Part shown: positions 1 through 11,550 of the stretch, one piece after another
Layout: the number at the start of each line of letters is the position of its first letter
Position numbering within the stretch: position 1 is the stretch's first letter
Assembly (NCBI GenBank): GCA_030390025.1
Contig: CM059432.1
Location: forward strand, 105,960,001 to 106,024,000
Source of the DNA: Squalus acanthias
Lineage: Eukaryota
Reading direction: 5' to 3'
DNA length: 64,000 nt
Translations under genes and position numbers: made by a program
Notes under the pieces: generated by a model
The model's database searches: none
The model's input: only the letters and a program-made list of their open reading frames with translations
What the model was told of the DNA's origin: nothing

Positions 1-959
1 GTGCATGTCATTACAATACAAGAAAGGTAGTACAGCATTACATAAATCTTGCGGTACTCAGACTGCCAATAATGTCTACTCATTTTCACAGAGAAGGGTA
101 ATGAACAACAACAGTGCCCACAGTGGTACAGGTGGAGGCAACAACTCAATGAAGTCCCTGAGAATCTTAGACGAAGAATGTGGGCCTGTATCAATATGTA
201 GATATATGGAAGGATATAGAAAGGAGATACACACAAGCTGGTATTGTCTAAATTCATGCAATGTTTTCCTGAATTTCAGAGCAGATAACATGAACAAATT
301 AATGCTCTCACACAGAGAGCATCATTTTTCCACATCTTTACAAAGTAATGGAAGTGAATTGTAAAAGTGCACTAGATAATGGTGCAAGAAACAATGTGGC
401 CCAACCAGAACCAGAGCAACACAGTGCATCAGAATGCCCAACATTACCACGTGTACTATGTGCCCGTCCACATACTACCATTTGTGAATTTGAAGGGTCA
501 AGAGGAAGAAATTACCCTTAAGTAATAACAACACATTTGTGAGGAAGTTTATAAAATCAAATACGTTTCCTCATCAGTTTAAACAATGCACTTTTTTGTA
601 GCTGTTTCTACCATGAAGGAAAATGTAGGCTGTTGTACCTTGGGGATTCTTCATGATGAGCATATACATGTGGAATCCTTTGGCTTCTTCTGCAAACAGT
701 CTGGAATGTAGACAGCCAAGGGAACATGCACCACATTAAATCTCTGGTGTGTGTAATACTCATAGTATTATCATCACAGATCTCCTGAGCTGCACATCTG
801 GATTGTAGCATATCTGTCATAAAGCTTGGTCCATTTGTTCATTCCTCACACTATCCAACAGACACTAATTTTTCAACCATTAAATACTTAAGTGTAACAG
901 AACTAACACGGGGGTGGGGGGGGGAATGCCTGCCTCTGCACCAATGTACTGAATTTGTA

Positions 960-1155
960 AAGAAAGACTTGCATTTATATAGCGCCTTTCACGACCACCG
1001 GACGTCTCAAAGCACTTTACAGCCAATGAAGTACTTTTGAAGTGGAGTCACTGTTGTAATGTGGGAAACGCGGCAGCCAATTTGCGCACAGCAAGCTCCC
1101 ACTAACAGCAATGTGATAATGACCAGATAATCTGTTTTTGGTTATGTTGGTAAAC
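960..1155 (-). mobile_element. Deu-domain SINE (SacSINE1-like) 3' fragment
   Basis: Same sequence as copies at 11551 and 42548; L2-type tail AAGGCGCTATATAAATGCAAGT. Confidence 0.75.
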
Positions 1156-1754
1156 ACATTTATAAAGAACTGGGCCGTGACTTTCCTACACACAATGCAC
1201 AGAGGATATCTATTCTTTCAGCTGCTTCTGTGAATGTTATTTTACACTATCATGCTGATCATCAGGTCTTTGAGAAGTATGGTAGATATTATACCAAATA
1301 TACAACTAGAGCAAAGTTGAAACTGTTCAGTGTATTTAGAGAATATCTCTCATGAAAAAAATTATCTTACCAACTGCAGTTCTCTGCTCCCTTTCAGTAA
1401 CATCATCTTTCAAAAGTATACAGAATATCAGCTTTTGCATTCTTATATAACGATTAATTTAAATGGCAAGAATTTCGGGAAGGCAATGGTAATGTAATTT
1501 AATGTCATGGGGAGATGGTTATGCTCTCTCTTGTTGGAGATGGTCATTGCCTGACACTTCTGTGCCACAAATGTTACTTCCTACTTATCAGCCCAAGTCT
1601 GGATGTTGCCTAGGTCTTGCTGCATGGACTGCTTCATTATCTGAGCATACTGCCCAAGGAGACGGTGAAAGTGGATAGTGTCAGCAAATTCTGGATAGTT
1701 TTTTGATAAAAGAATATTGAGGGTATAAGAGATAGAATATTGAATGCTAGGAGT

Positions 1755-2095
1755 ACCCAGGATACAAAGTATCAAGAATGATATAATATGAACATGGCTT
1801 CGACAAGAAATAACGCTTATATAGAAGATCCAAGAAAGACAATTGCAATGGTTTGGGCGCATTTCAAGAATGGGAACAGCTAGAATACCTTTCATGGCCC
1901 TGCATACAGAGGTACATGGAAGAAGAAGCTGAGGAAGATCAAGGAAGCGCTGGATAGACAATGTCAAGAGTGGCTTGTCACAGAAAGGAATACGGATGAC
2001 TGAAGCGGCCAGGCTAGTTCAGAACCGACAATAGCGGAGTGAATTCACTCGGTCCATTGTCACTGCTGAGCTGACGGACGAGAACTTAGTAGTAG
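1755..2095 (+). mobile_element. Old RTE-like LINE 3' fragment
   Basis: Translates to LQWFGRISRM...GRSRKRWIDNVK, a typical RTE C-terminus. Confidence 0.55.
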
Positions 2096-2505
2096 TAGGA
2101 GATAGAATATAGTTGAATGTCTTTTTTAAATATGGGACTGGCCAGCTGAGCTGTAGTGGCCTTTTCTAGTCTTTGACACTCCTATATAATAATATTGCTG
2201 TTTTATAAGACTTGGGGGGTGAATTGGATTAGGCCCAAAAACGGGCAGGGGAATCGCGAAGCGCAATCTGCCCATGCCCATTCAAAGTAGTGCAGGCAGC
2301 ATGCAAAATTTGTGCTGCCTGCTCATTATATTTGGAGCACTGAGCTCAGCGCTAAAAATGCTGCTGGTTGGCTCAGCACTCAAGAGGGGGGCCAATATCG
2401 GGTGCAGTCTACTGGCCAATAAAATTTTGCCTAGGCTTTCTACACTTCTTAAAGGGGAGGTGTTTTGTTGCAGAAGCACCTCATTGTCACTCTGCATGCA
2501 GCCTT

Positions 2506-3456
2506 GTTGCAACAAGGAAGAGAAAGGGCAAGGAGATTCTCAGATGCAGCACTGGAGGCCTTGGTCCAGGGGTTACACCTGCAGGGGGGCAGGAAGCCTT
2601 CCAGGTAGAATGGCAGAAGGCAGTGAGAGAAGATAGCCCAAGCCGTCAGTGCCACTCATGTTACCTCCAGGACCTGGTTACAGTGCCGCAAGAAGTTTAA
2701 TGACCTCACACGAGTGGTCCAGGTAAGTGAATGCACCTTCAAATGCCATATCCCACCAACTGCACCACTAGCCTCACACACAGCTCAATGCATCACACCC
2801 CCATCACTCACCTACCAACAATCTCTACCAAACATGACTCATACCTCACATTCATAGCTTCACCTCACCCTCACACAGTTACCACTGCTGCAAGCCTCAC
2901 ACCCACATCTCACACCTTGCACACACTGCCAGCTATTCAACCATGACAGGCACATCACCCAAAAACATTGCACCACACTCACTAATACAGTTCCCTTTCT
3001 CTTGCAGGCCAAGGTGGCTCACAGCCGGCGTGAGCAATGGCAGACAGGCGGAGGGGAAGCTCGTCTTCAAAACCTCACTGTGCTGGATGAGACGGTGCTG
3101 AAGATCATTGGAGGGGCCATCACTAAGGCCATGTTGAGCGGCGAGGTTGAAAGCATTGCTGATAACGGTATGCTCATATCTACTCCTTCTTCTCACATCC
3201 CACTTCCCCCTCATCCCAAAAACTCTTCTCACTTACAGGCTGCTGATGGTCTAAGCATGCACATCTTGCTTTCTCCTGCCCTCCCCTCACCACAACCCGA
3301 CCCTTGTGCCTTTCTACTTTCAGATACCCAAGAACTGCCACCAGCTCAGCCTGTCCCCAACCGAGGAGAGGAGGAGAGTGAAGGAGAAAAGGCACCGTCA
3401 CTCGAGCTGACACTCCCAGGCCCCAGCTTAGAAAGTGGCAGTGTGTGTACTTTAGA
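2506..3456 (+). pseudogene. Harbinger Myb/SANT-like DNA-binding protein gene (exons ~2506-2722, 3008-3167, 3324-), disrupted
   Basis: RFSDAALEALV...RTWLQCRKKFNDLTRVVQ|GTAAGT; ttgcag|AKVAHSRREQWQTGGG; contains stops/frameshifts and a Penelope insertion. Confidence 0.75.
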
Positions 3457-3505
3457 GTGAGAAGTCGCACAACACCAAGTTATAGTCCAACAGTTTTATT
3501 TGAAA

Positions 3506-3543
3506 ACACGAGCTTTCGGAGCTGCTGCCCCTTCGTCAGGTGA
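3506..3543 (-). ncRNA. Minimal type I hammerhead ribozyme motif
   Basis: UCAC-CUGACGA-A-GGGGC(AGCA)GCUCC-GAAA-GCU-C-GUGU. Confidence 0.75.
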
Positions 3544-4110
3544 AGTGAAGGAATACGAATCGGCAAAGCACATATAGACAGAGAACAATGCCTGTGTAGC
3601 GTATAATCTCAGACGACTACAGTTAATCTATCTGATTGCCTTTCATCACACCTCGGCAGAGAAACAATCAGGTCAGCCAGGAAGGCACCACATCAAAGAC
3701 ATAGCAAGATACAACTGAGACAATGAGGTGGGGTCACAGGGGGTCTAATGTGTCAAATGCAGTCTGTATGGAAAACCATAAACTTTAAAATTTTTACTTT
3801 TTTTTACTGGAAATCACATCTGTGAACAAGCCAACGACGACTCGAGTCTGGATGACTCTACGTCGTGTAGCGTGACATGAACCCAAGATCTCGGTTGAGG
3901 CCGTCCTCATGGGTGCGGAACTTGGCTATCAGTTTCTGCTCGATGATTTTGCGTTGTCGTTGTCGTGTGTCTCGAAGGCCGCCTTGGTGTTTCTCTGCCG
4001 AGGTGTGATGAAAGGCAGTCAGATAGATTAACTGTAGTCGTCTGAGATTGTACGCTACACAGGCATTGTTCTCTGTCTATATATGCTTTGCCGATTCGTA
4101 TTCCTTCACT

Positions 4111-4148
4111 TCACCTGACGAAGGGGCAGCAGCTCCGAAAGCTTGTGA
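4111..4148 (+). ncRNA. Minimal type I hammerhead ribozyme motif
   Basis: UCAC-CUGACGA-A-GGGGC(AGCA)GCUCC-GAAA-GCU-U-GUGA. Confidence 0.8.
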
Positions 4149-4809
4149 TTTCAAATAAATCTGTTGGACTATAACCTGGTGTTGTGCAACTTCTCACTTT
4201 TGTCCACCCCAGTCCAACACCAGCATCTCCGCATCATGTACTTTAGAAGATAGTATAGAAGTGGGATCTGTACTTGCTGAGTCACCGGACATGAGTGGGC
4301 TGCAGCCAGGCCAGGGGAAAGGGTAGCTCAGGTGGCAGCTCCCCGCAGGGCGAGTTTGCATACGAGTTCTGATGACTTCAATGGGGCAGCCTTCAGAAGA
4401 AAGGTGATGGCATGCACACGAAAATGCTTGGTGAAATTATGGGGTCTGTCCCTTTAAGAAAGATAACAGATGAAGCGTCATGCACTGACGTCATCTGACA
4501 CCGGCTTTCTCTTAATTGGTCGGCAAGCCCCATGGCCAATCAAGGGAAAATAGCGTCTGTTCATCAGACGTCGCTGGGGGCAGGACTAGAACCCGGAAAC
4601 CAGCAGTCCCGCTCCCAACGCGCCTACTCAGGTAAGATCGCGGCCTAAGGGAATGCACAAGGGTGATTAGTTAACTTTGTATGTAGTTTTGGATTGATTA
4701 ATTTATAAATTATATTTGGATTGTTTGTTTTGTGATGGCTCTCATTTCAGCTTTGTGCCCAAGAGGACGCTGTAATGTTCCGTGACAGAGGGATGGTAAG
4801 GCGAGGAAG

Positions 4810-5980
4810 TGTTGAGCAACGGGGATCTGGAGTTCCATTCCTTGGAACCGGAGTCTGTTGAGGCGCTCACGGACAGCCCGTCCAGAAAGGGGATCTGCTG
4901 CCTGCTTCTTCCCTTCCTCCTCCTCTTCCTCCACCTTCCTCTTCCTCCACCTTCATCCTCCTGAGGTGGTCACGGAACCCATGGAGACAAGGGCTGCACC
5001 CTCATGATGGCCAAGTTGTGGAGGATGCAGCAGACCACCAAGGAATGGGACACCTGCTGCAGCATGTACTGGTGGGCTACTCCCAAGCGGTCAAGTCAGC
5101 GAAACCGTTGTTCTAGAACCCCGATGGTCTGCTTGATGAGGTGCCTCATGGCAGCATGGCTGTTATTATATGAGTGCTGGCCACGAGTGGTGGGGTAGCG
5201 GAGGGGAGTCATCAGCCAGGTGCAGAGCGGATAGCCCTTGTCTCCGAGCAGCAACACTCGGGTTTAATGTGGTGGCTGGAAGATTGCTGGCACACTGGAT
5301 TGGCACAGGATGAAGGCATCATGACTGCTGCCAGGATACCGGGCATTGACCATCAGGATGTGCTGGGCGTGGTCGCACATCAACTGCACATTAAGTGAGT
5401 GGTAGCCTTTGCGGTTACGGTACATCTCAGGATTGATATGCAACGCCTGCAAAGCCACGTGTGTGTAGTCGATGGCACCCTGCACCATAGGGAAGCCCGA
5501 AATCCTGGCAAAGCCACATGCGCACTCCCCTTGCTTCTCTCTGTTCAGAGAGAAGACAATAAAGTCCCTTCTCCTGGAGTACAGAGCCTCTGTGGCCTCC
5601 CGGATGCAGTGATGGACGGCGAACTGGAAGATGTTAGCTATGTCACCTGCTCCAGACTGGAAGGATCTGGGGGAAAAAAATCAGGGCCACAGCAGCCCCA
5701 TCATCACCCTGCTCTGAGACTGCAGGTCTGGTTCCAAGATGTTGCAGAGTTCTGTGACCACCTCCTTGGTGAAGTGAAGCCTCCGAATACACTGCTCCTG
5801 GCTTAAGTGCAGGTAGGAGAAGTGCTCTCGGAAGACCCTAGGTGGGTAAGGCCTCCTGCTGAGAGCCCTCCTGCCCCTCCTCCTCCTCCCTCTGAGAGCA
5901 GCTTGTCCTCTTCTTTGCTGCCTCTGCTCCATCTCCCTGTCATGCTGCAGCGTGAGGGGGTCTGCAAGTAGAGCCTCCAT
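4810..5980 (-). pseudogene. Harbinger (HARBI1-type, DDE_Tnp_4) transposase pseudogene
   Basis: [49 protein letters not shown] motifs; in-frame stops. Confidence 0.88.
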
Positions 5981-6739
5981 GACTGGGAGCAAGTGGTCTG
6001 ACCAGAACCCTTGAATTCAGAAGCAAGGCCTTCTCCACTTGCAGCAACACTCACTGTCACCTCACCAACTTTAAATAACTGTAGAAAGCTGCAAAGAGTT
6101 GCACAAACTGACACAGAGCCAGTAGAAATCAAAAAACAAGTTAGCTGAAAGTTGTTGATGCTCCCTTTAAATAGCGCTGGCGGGGTGTCCCTCGTGTGGC
6201 TGAACGCACTTTCAGCTGGGGGTGCTTTGGAGCGGACGTGCAATTGAGCGGCGACGTCCAAAATAGCAGGTCGTGCGTCAAATCAGCGTTGCACGATGTG
6301 CTTCATTAGCATTCTTCTGACAAACGAAGGCAACGGCCGTGCTACTGACCCGCCCAAATTGGCGACTGAATTGGAAGTGGCCGGAAGTGAAGCAGCCGCC
6401 ATTTTTCTGCCAAAATCGGCACTAAGAGGGAGAATTTCGCAGCCTTGGTTACAGACGTACAAAAATAACTAGAAAATATCATCCAGCTCATTAAGCCCAC
6501 CCCATCCTGACATGGTACAGCCATGTATACCATTGATCCACACCCTAATTATGCAATCTCCCAGGAGACACAAAAATACAGACAAAAACGCCTGAGGTCA
6601 ATTTAGCAGTCGGAGGCCTAAATATCCAAGGGTAGTGGTTAAACCTCTCTCAAGGGGGGTTGTCTTCGGCATTGTGATCATCAAAATAGTTTATTTTATT
6701 ATGGCTAAAATTTGAGGTCACATATCACTATAAATCATG

Positions 6740-7430
6740 AGGTCCATCCCCATATCATGAATGTGCAGCACCAAAGAGACATTGTTGGAGGCCAATGTCC
6801 AGTCAACACTTCTGTATGGTGCTACCAGCTGGAGCCTGATGACAGCACTAAAGCAGAGGCTAGATGTTTTAAGAACAAGCTGTGCAAATAGGCTTCTATG
6901 CACTAAAATTATCTCCCAAAACCCATCCACCTCTCCACCTCCCTCTTCTCCTTTAACGCCCTCTTTAAAACCTACCTCTTTGCCTAAGTTTTCAGTCACT
7001 CCTCCTAATATCTATGGCTCGATGTCCATTTTTTTCCTTACACTTCTGTGATGCGTCTTGGGACATTTTATTACGTTAAGGGCACTATATAAATATAAGT
7101 TGTTGTTTGTTATTAGCTAGGATGACAAAGTGACCAACACAGAAATAATCAGGAGTGGTCTGCTTGCACTAAGAGACTGGATTATGTTGAGAAGATTACA
7201 ATGGGCAGGACACGAGTGTCACATGGCTGAAAATGATTACTCTCAGAAAGTGATGGAATGGGTGCCTGTTGGGAAGTGATCATGTAGAATCCACAGCTGA
7301 GTTGTTAGGATTGTATACAGAAATACCGGAAAAGTAAAGTGACAACAAACTAACAACAGTAAGAGCTGGCAGAGGTCTTCTGATAGCCATGGTCAACATG
7401 GTTATGAAAATTGACTGACTGATATTAAAA
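6740..7430 (+). mobile_element. Old RTE-like LINE fragment interrupted by an L2-type 3' end (~6900-7105)
   Basis: STLLYGATSW...RLDV and WDDKVTN...RRLQWAGH motifs. Confidence 0.5.
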
Positions 7431-8464
7431 ATAATGAAGGAAAATCAGCACTTGTTGAGTTCATAAATAATTAAAGCTACAGTATCCATACATTTTCATT
7501 GGTACTGCCATAAAAGATATGAGCATGAACTTACATTGTATGTTATTAATGTACAAACACTTAATACATGCATTTGAAAATATTTTGTCCATTATTATAA
7601 TGGTGACACTAATCCATTTTAAACAGGTTAGTACCTCCATAAAACAGGGAACAAAATAATTTCATGCAAACACATTAAGACATATTACACAGTGCCATTC
7701 CTAGGCTCTGGTGAGCAACTAGATGTTATATTGTTTGTATAGGATTATAGATTTCTCTGCACTTTGGCCTAAAAAAATAATGAAAACAAAGTGGTGATGG
7801 AGAAGCAGCTAAAGACTGACAATCTAGTAAGTTAGAGATTCAAGAAGTAAAACAAATGACAGAACAAGAGAATAGAGTGTTGCATATGCAATTAACCTTT
7901 GTGATGAAATATGTAATATTACACTCTTGATAGATTTACAAAGCAGATCAGCATTCGTCTTCTTCAAATTAGAAGATATTTAAAGAGAAAATATTTGTGT
8001 TGGTGGCTGCTGCTCAATAGGATCTTGTCTGGGCAGAATGTTTATATTCAACACATCTCTGTTTTCACGCACTGGTGATTTGTTGCTTTTAACATTCTTC
8101 TGCACAAAATGGAAAAGATATGCCATTGGATATGATGTATTATTTCCATCTTTGGCAGGGACATCTTTAATAATAATCATCAATATATAAATAATAAAAG
8201 AAAAATTAAACAATTTTAAGAAGTGGTTTGCAGAAGCTGAAAAAATGTTAACTGAGCAAAAGCATAAATTCTGAAATCAGATAGTGGGAATGTTTATTGG
8301 CAGAATTGAGAATGAATCACAGCTTGGGACTTAAAGGATACAAGTGTCCAAAGCAAACATTAGACATTTTAACATCTAACTGTTTAAGACTAGTATTTCT
8401 GGGGGAAACAATCCTGCAATATTTAAGTCTGATCATAGAATAACATTTGTTTCAAAAAGCAATT

Positions 8465-9808
8465 ACATGCAATTATTGGAAAAACTTCTGAGGGACGATA
8501 TTAATCATAATTTAGAAAGGCACAGATTAATCAAAGACAGCCAACATGAATTTGTTAAGGGAAGGTCATGTCTGACTAACTGGATTGAATTTTTTGAGGA
8601 GGTAACAAGGAGGGTCAATGAGGGTAGTGTGTTTGATGTAGTCTTCATGGATTTTAGCAAGGCTTTTGACAAGGTCCCACATGGCAGACTAGTCAGAAAA
8701 GTAAAAGCCCATGGGATCCAAGGGGAAGTGGCAAGTTGGATCCAAAATTGGCTCAGTGGCAGGAAGCAAAGGGTAATGGCCGACGGGTGTTTTTGTGACT
8801 GGAAGGCTGTTTCCAGTGGGGTTCCGCAGGGCTCAGTACTGGGTCCCTTGCTTTTTGTGGTATATATCAATTATTTAGACTTCAATGTAGGGGACATGAT
8901 TAAGAAGTTTGCAGATAATACAAAATTGGCCGTGTGGTTGATAGTGAGGAAGAAAGCTGTAGACTGCAGGAAGATAGCAATGGACTGGTCAGGTGGGCAG
9001 AAAAGTGGCAAATGGAATTCAATCCGGAGAAGTGTGAGGTAATGCATTTGGTGGGCTAACGAGGCAAGGGATACACATTAAATGATAGGATACTGAGAAG
9101 TGTAGAGGAACAGAGCATGTCCACAGATTCCTGAAGGTAGCAGGACAGGTAGATAAGGTGGTCAAGAAGGCATACAGGATACCTTCCTTCATTAGCCGAG
9201 GCATAGAATATAAGAGCAGGGACGTTATACTTGAACTGTATAAAACACTAGTTAGGCACAACTAGAGTACTGAGTACAGTTCTGATCACCACATTACAGG
9301 AAAGATGTGATTGCACGAGAGAGGGTACAGAGGAGATCTACGAGGATGTTGCCAGGACTGGGGAATTTTAGCTATGAGGAAAGATTGGATAGACTGAGGT
9401 TGTTTTCTTTGGAATAGAGGAGGCTGAGGGGAGACTTAATTGAGGTGTATAAAATTATGAGGGGCCTAGATAAAGTGGATAGGAAGGACCTATTTCCCTT
9501 AGCAGAGAGGTCAATAACTGGGGGACATAGATTTAAAATAATTGGAAGAAGGATTAGAGGGGAGTTGAGGAGAACTTTTTTCACCCAGAGGGTGGTGGGG
9601 GTCTGGAACTCACTGCCTGAAAGGGTGGTAGAGGCAGAAACCCTCATCATATTTAAAATGCACTTGGATATGCACTTGAAGTGCCGTAACCTACAAGGCT
9701 ACGGACCAAGAGCTGGAAAGTGGGATTAGGCTGGATAGCTCTTTTACGGGCGGCACAGACACGATGGGCCGAATGGCCTCCTTCTGTGCTGTAAATTTCT
9801 ATGATTCT
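8465..9808 (+). mobile_element. CR1 LINE, 5'-truncated ORF2 (RT) + 3'UTR
   Basis: DFSKAFDKVPH, SGVPQGSVLGP, KFAD motifs; TTCTATGA tail. Confidence 0.92.
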
Positions 9809-10003
9809 GTGCAAAGAATTTTTTGTTGTTGCAGTTTATGAGAAGTGGAACTATTGGCTGAATGCGTGAAAACATGATGCTGTTACTGGATGAACGCACC
9901 TTAAAATTACAATCAAATGTTCCAGCGCCCACCATTATTTTAGATATGCCGTATTAGATGGATACTGTTACCACCAATGTTATTAGACTGAATATCGCTA
10001 CCA

Positions 10004-10560
10004 CTAAAAGAAAAACAGAAAATGCCAGAAATACTCAGCGGGCCAGTTAGCTTTCAGTGGCGAGATCAGACAAGTTATCATTTCAGGTGTAGACACTTTG
10101 TCAGAACTGGAAGAAATTACAGATGAACAGTATTTAAAAAGGAACAGAACAAAGGAATGAGGGAGTGGAAACATACATGCGCATGCACACAAAAGAAGAA
10201 ATAGAATGACTTGTAAAGTGTTTAAATGGAAAATAAGAGATGGTTAAATATCTGAATTGATATGATACAATAGGAGGTATAATGAGAGAAATTAAAGACA
10301 TTTATGAGATACAGAGTGTGTGGGAATAGCTGAGGGAGCGGGGGGAGGGAGTAAAGCGGGTAGAAATGGACGAGGGAAAAATTGGCAAAGTGAAGCAGGA
10401 TCCAGCAGCCCAGGAGCCTGGTAGATGAAAAAAACAGGTCAACACCAAGAGTGCAGCCTGCCCCCCAGGATGGTGTTCTGACGGAGGGTCCCCATCCCGA
10501 GTAGCAACTCGTCCCCGCCCCCTCCCAAAATGTCAACACTCAACCCACTGGGTATTGCTG
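10004..10560 (-). mobile_element. 3' end of second Penelope-like family (degenerate hammerhead at ~10072-10110; 5S-like module at ~10428-10510)
   Basis: Terminal sequence shared with 38094-38230 and 46010-46160. Confidence 0.6.
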
Positions 10561-10856
10561 CTATAAATATTACTTATATATTACTTTTTTAATGAATGGC
10601 AACAAGAGTTCACTGTCAGCTTTCTGCTGCTTTATTGAGGCAGCATGCATACATTTCAGGGGCCTGACACATACATTTGCATAACCATGTTTCTGCAAGG
10701 CACGCTTTGTTACTGACACAGAAATATACTTCTAATGTTGCAAATAATCTTGCAAGTTGGGACCAGCAAGCAGACTACCAACACAAGTTGTGTGCATGCT
10801 GCATGTTCATGGACTCACATAAGGTGGCAGGTAGGCAGGGCACTTGTGTGACATTC

Positions 10857-11464
10857 AGGGGAATTTTAACCTAAAAAAATGGGTAGGTTGGGGGCGCAGG
10901 GGTAGTTAAATTGTTAAAAATGGCAATGCTGACCTGAACCCGTCTCCAACCCGCCCACTTCCGGTTTTAATGGAGGTAGGGCGACCAGGGGGGTGGGGGG
11001 GCGGAGCCTACCTGCTGCCAGGAGGCAGGTTGCCTATTTAAATATTATAATGAGGCTGGAAGCCACTTCTTTAACCACCATTTTGTATTTAACTTTACCT
11101 GGTCGGGTCTTGCACACCTCGTGAAACCTGCCAGCTAAAGCAAGACGAGGACTGCCTTTACACTTACCTACTGAATCCAGGGTCCCTTCCTAACCCACCA
11201 CCCGCAATCGGGGACCCCCCCCAACGAGGCCTCCGATTCCCCCCCAGGCCTCTGATCCCCCAACGAGGTCTCCTCCCCCCACTCCTCCGACCACCCCCCT
11301 CACACCCCGCCCCCCCGTGCTGCTCCTCCAGCCCCCGATCCCTTTAGACCGCCCCATCCTCCCCCAAACACATAACAGAGGGGAACAAATATACATCAGA
11401 GGGTGATCTTGTAAATATTGGCCACTGATGAGCTATGTAGAGAGAGCCCTGTGAATTCTGGGCC
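10857..11464. mobile_element. Harbinger-type non-autonomous element (right boundary approximate)
   Basis: GGGGAATTTT terminus; homologous to element starting at ~15939. Confidence 0.5.
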
Positions 11465-11550
11465 GGAAGCCATAGAGTGGGGGAGAGGGAGATTAAAGAT
11501 TTCCCTCAAACTCATGATTACTACATTCCTTTGCTTATTATTCTTTTATA

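Larger units (their letters stand above)
3457..4236 (-). mobile_element. 5'-truncated Penelope-like element with inverted pseudo-LTRs (arms 3457-3666 / 3988-4197)
   Basis: TSD TGTACTTTAGA (3446-56, 4237-47); internal minus-strand EQKLIAKFRTHEDGLNRDLGFMSRY (GIY-YIG C-terminus); 39-nt tail extension on the inverted copy. Confidence 0.88.
2215..6444. mobile_element. Degenerate PIF/Harbinger transposon with a Myb/SANT gene (+) and a convergent DDE transposase (-)
   Basis: 3-bp TSD TTG (2212-14, 6445-47); termini GGGGGTGAATT / rc GGCTGCGAAATT; both Harbinger genes recognisable. Confidence 0.8.

Noticed and set aside
1..900. Short ORFs or exons of a neighbouring gene
   Set aside because: No recognisable protein motif or convincing exon structure
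4810..5980. Domesticated host HARBI1 gene
   Set aside because: Stops and frameshifts, and it lies within transposon termini and a TSD
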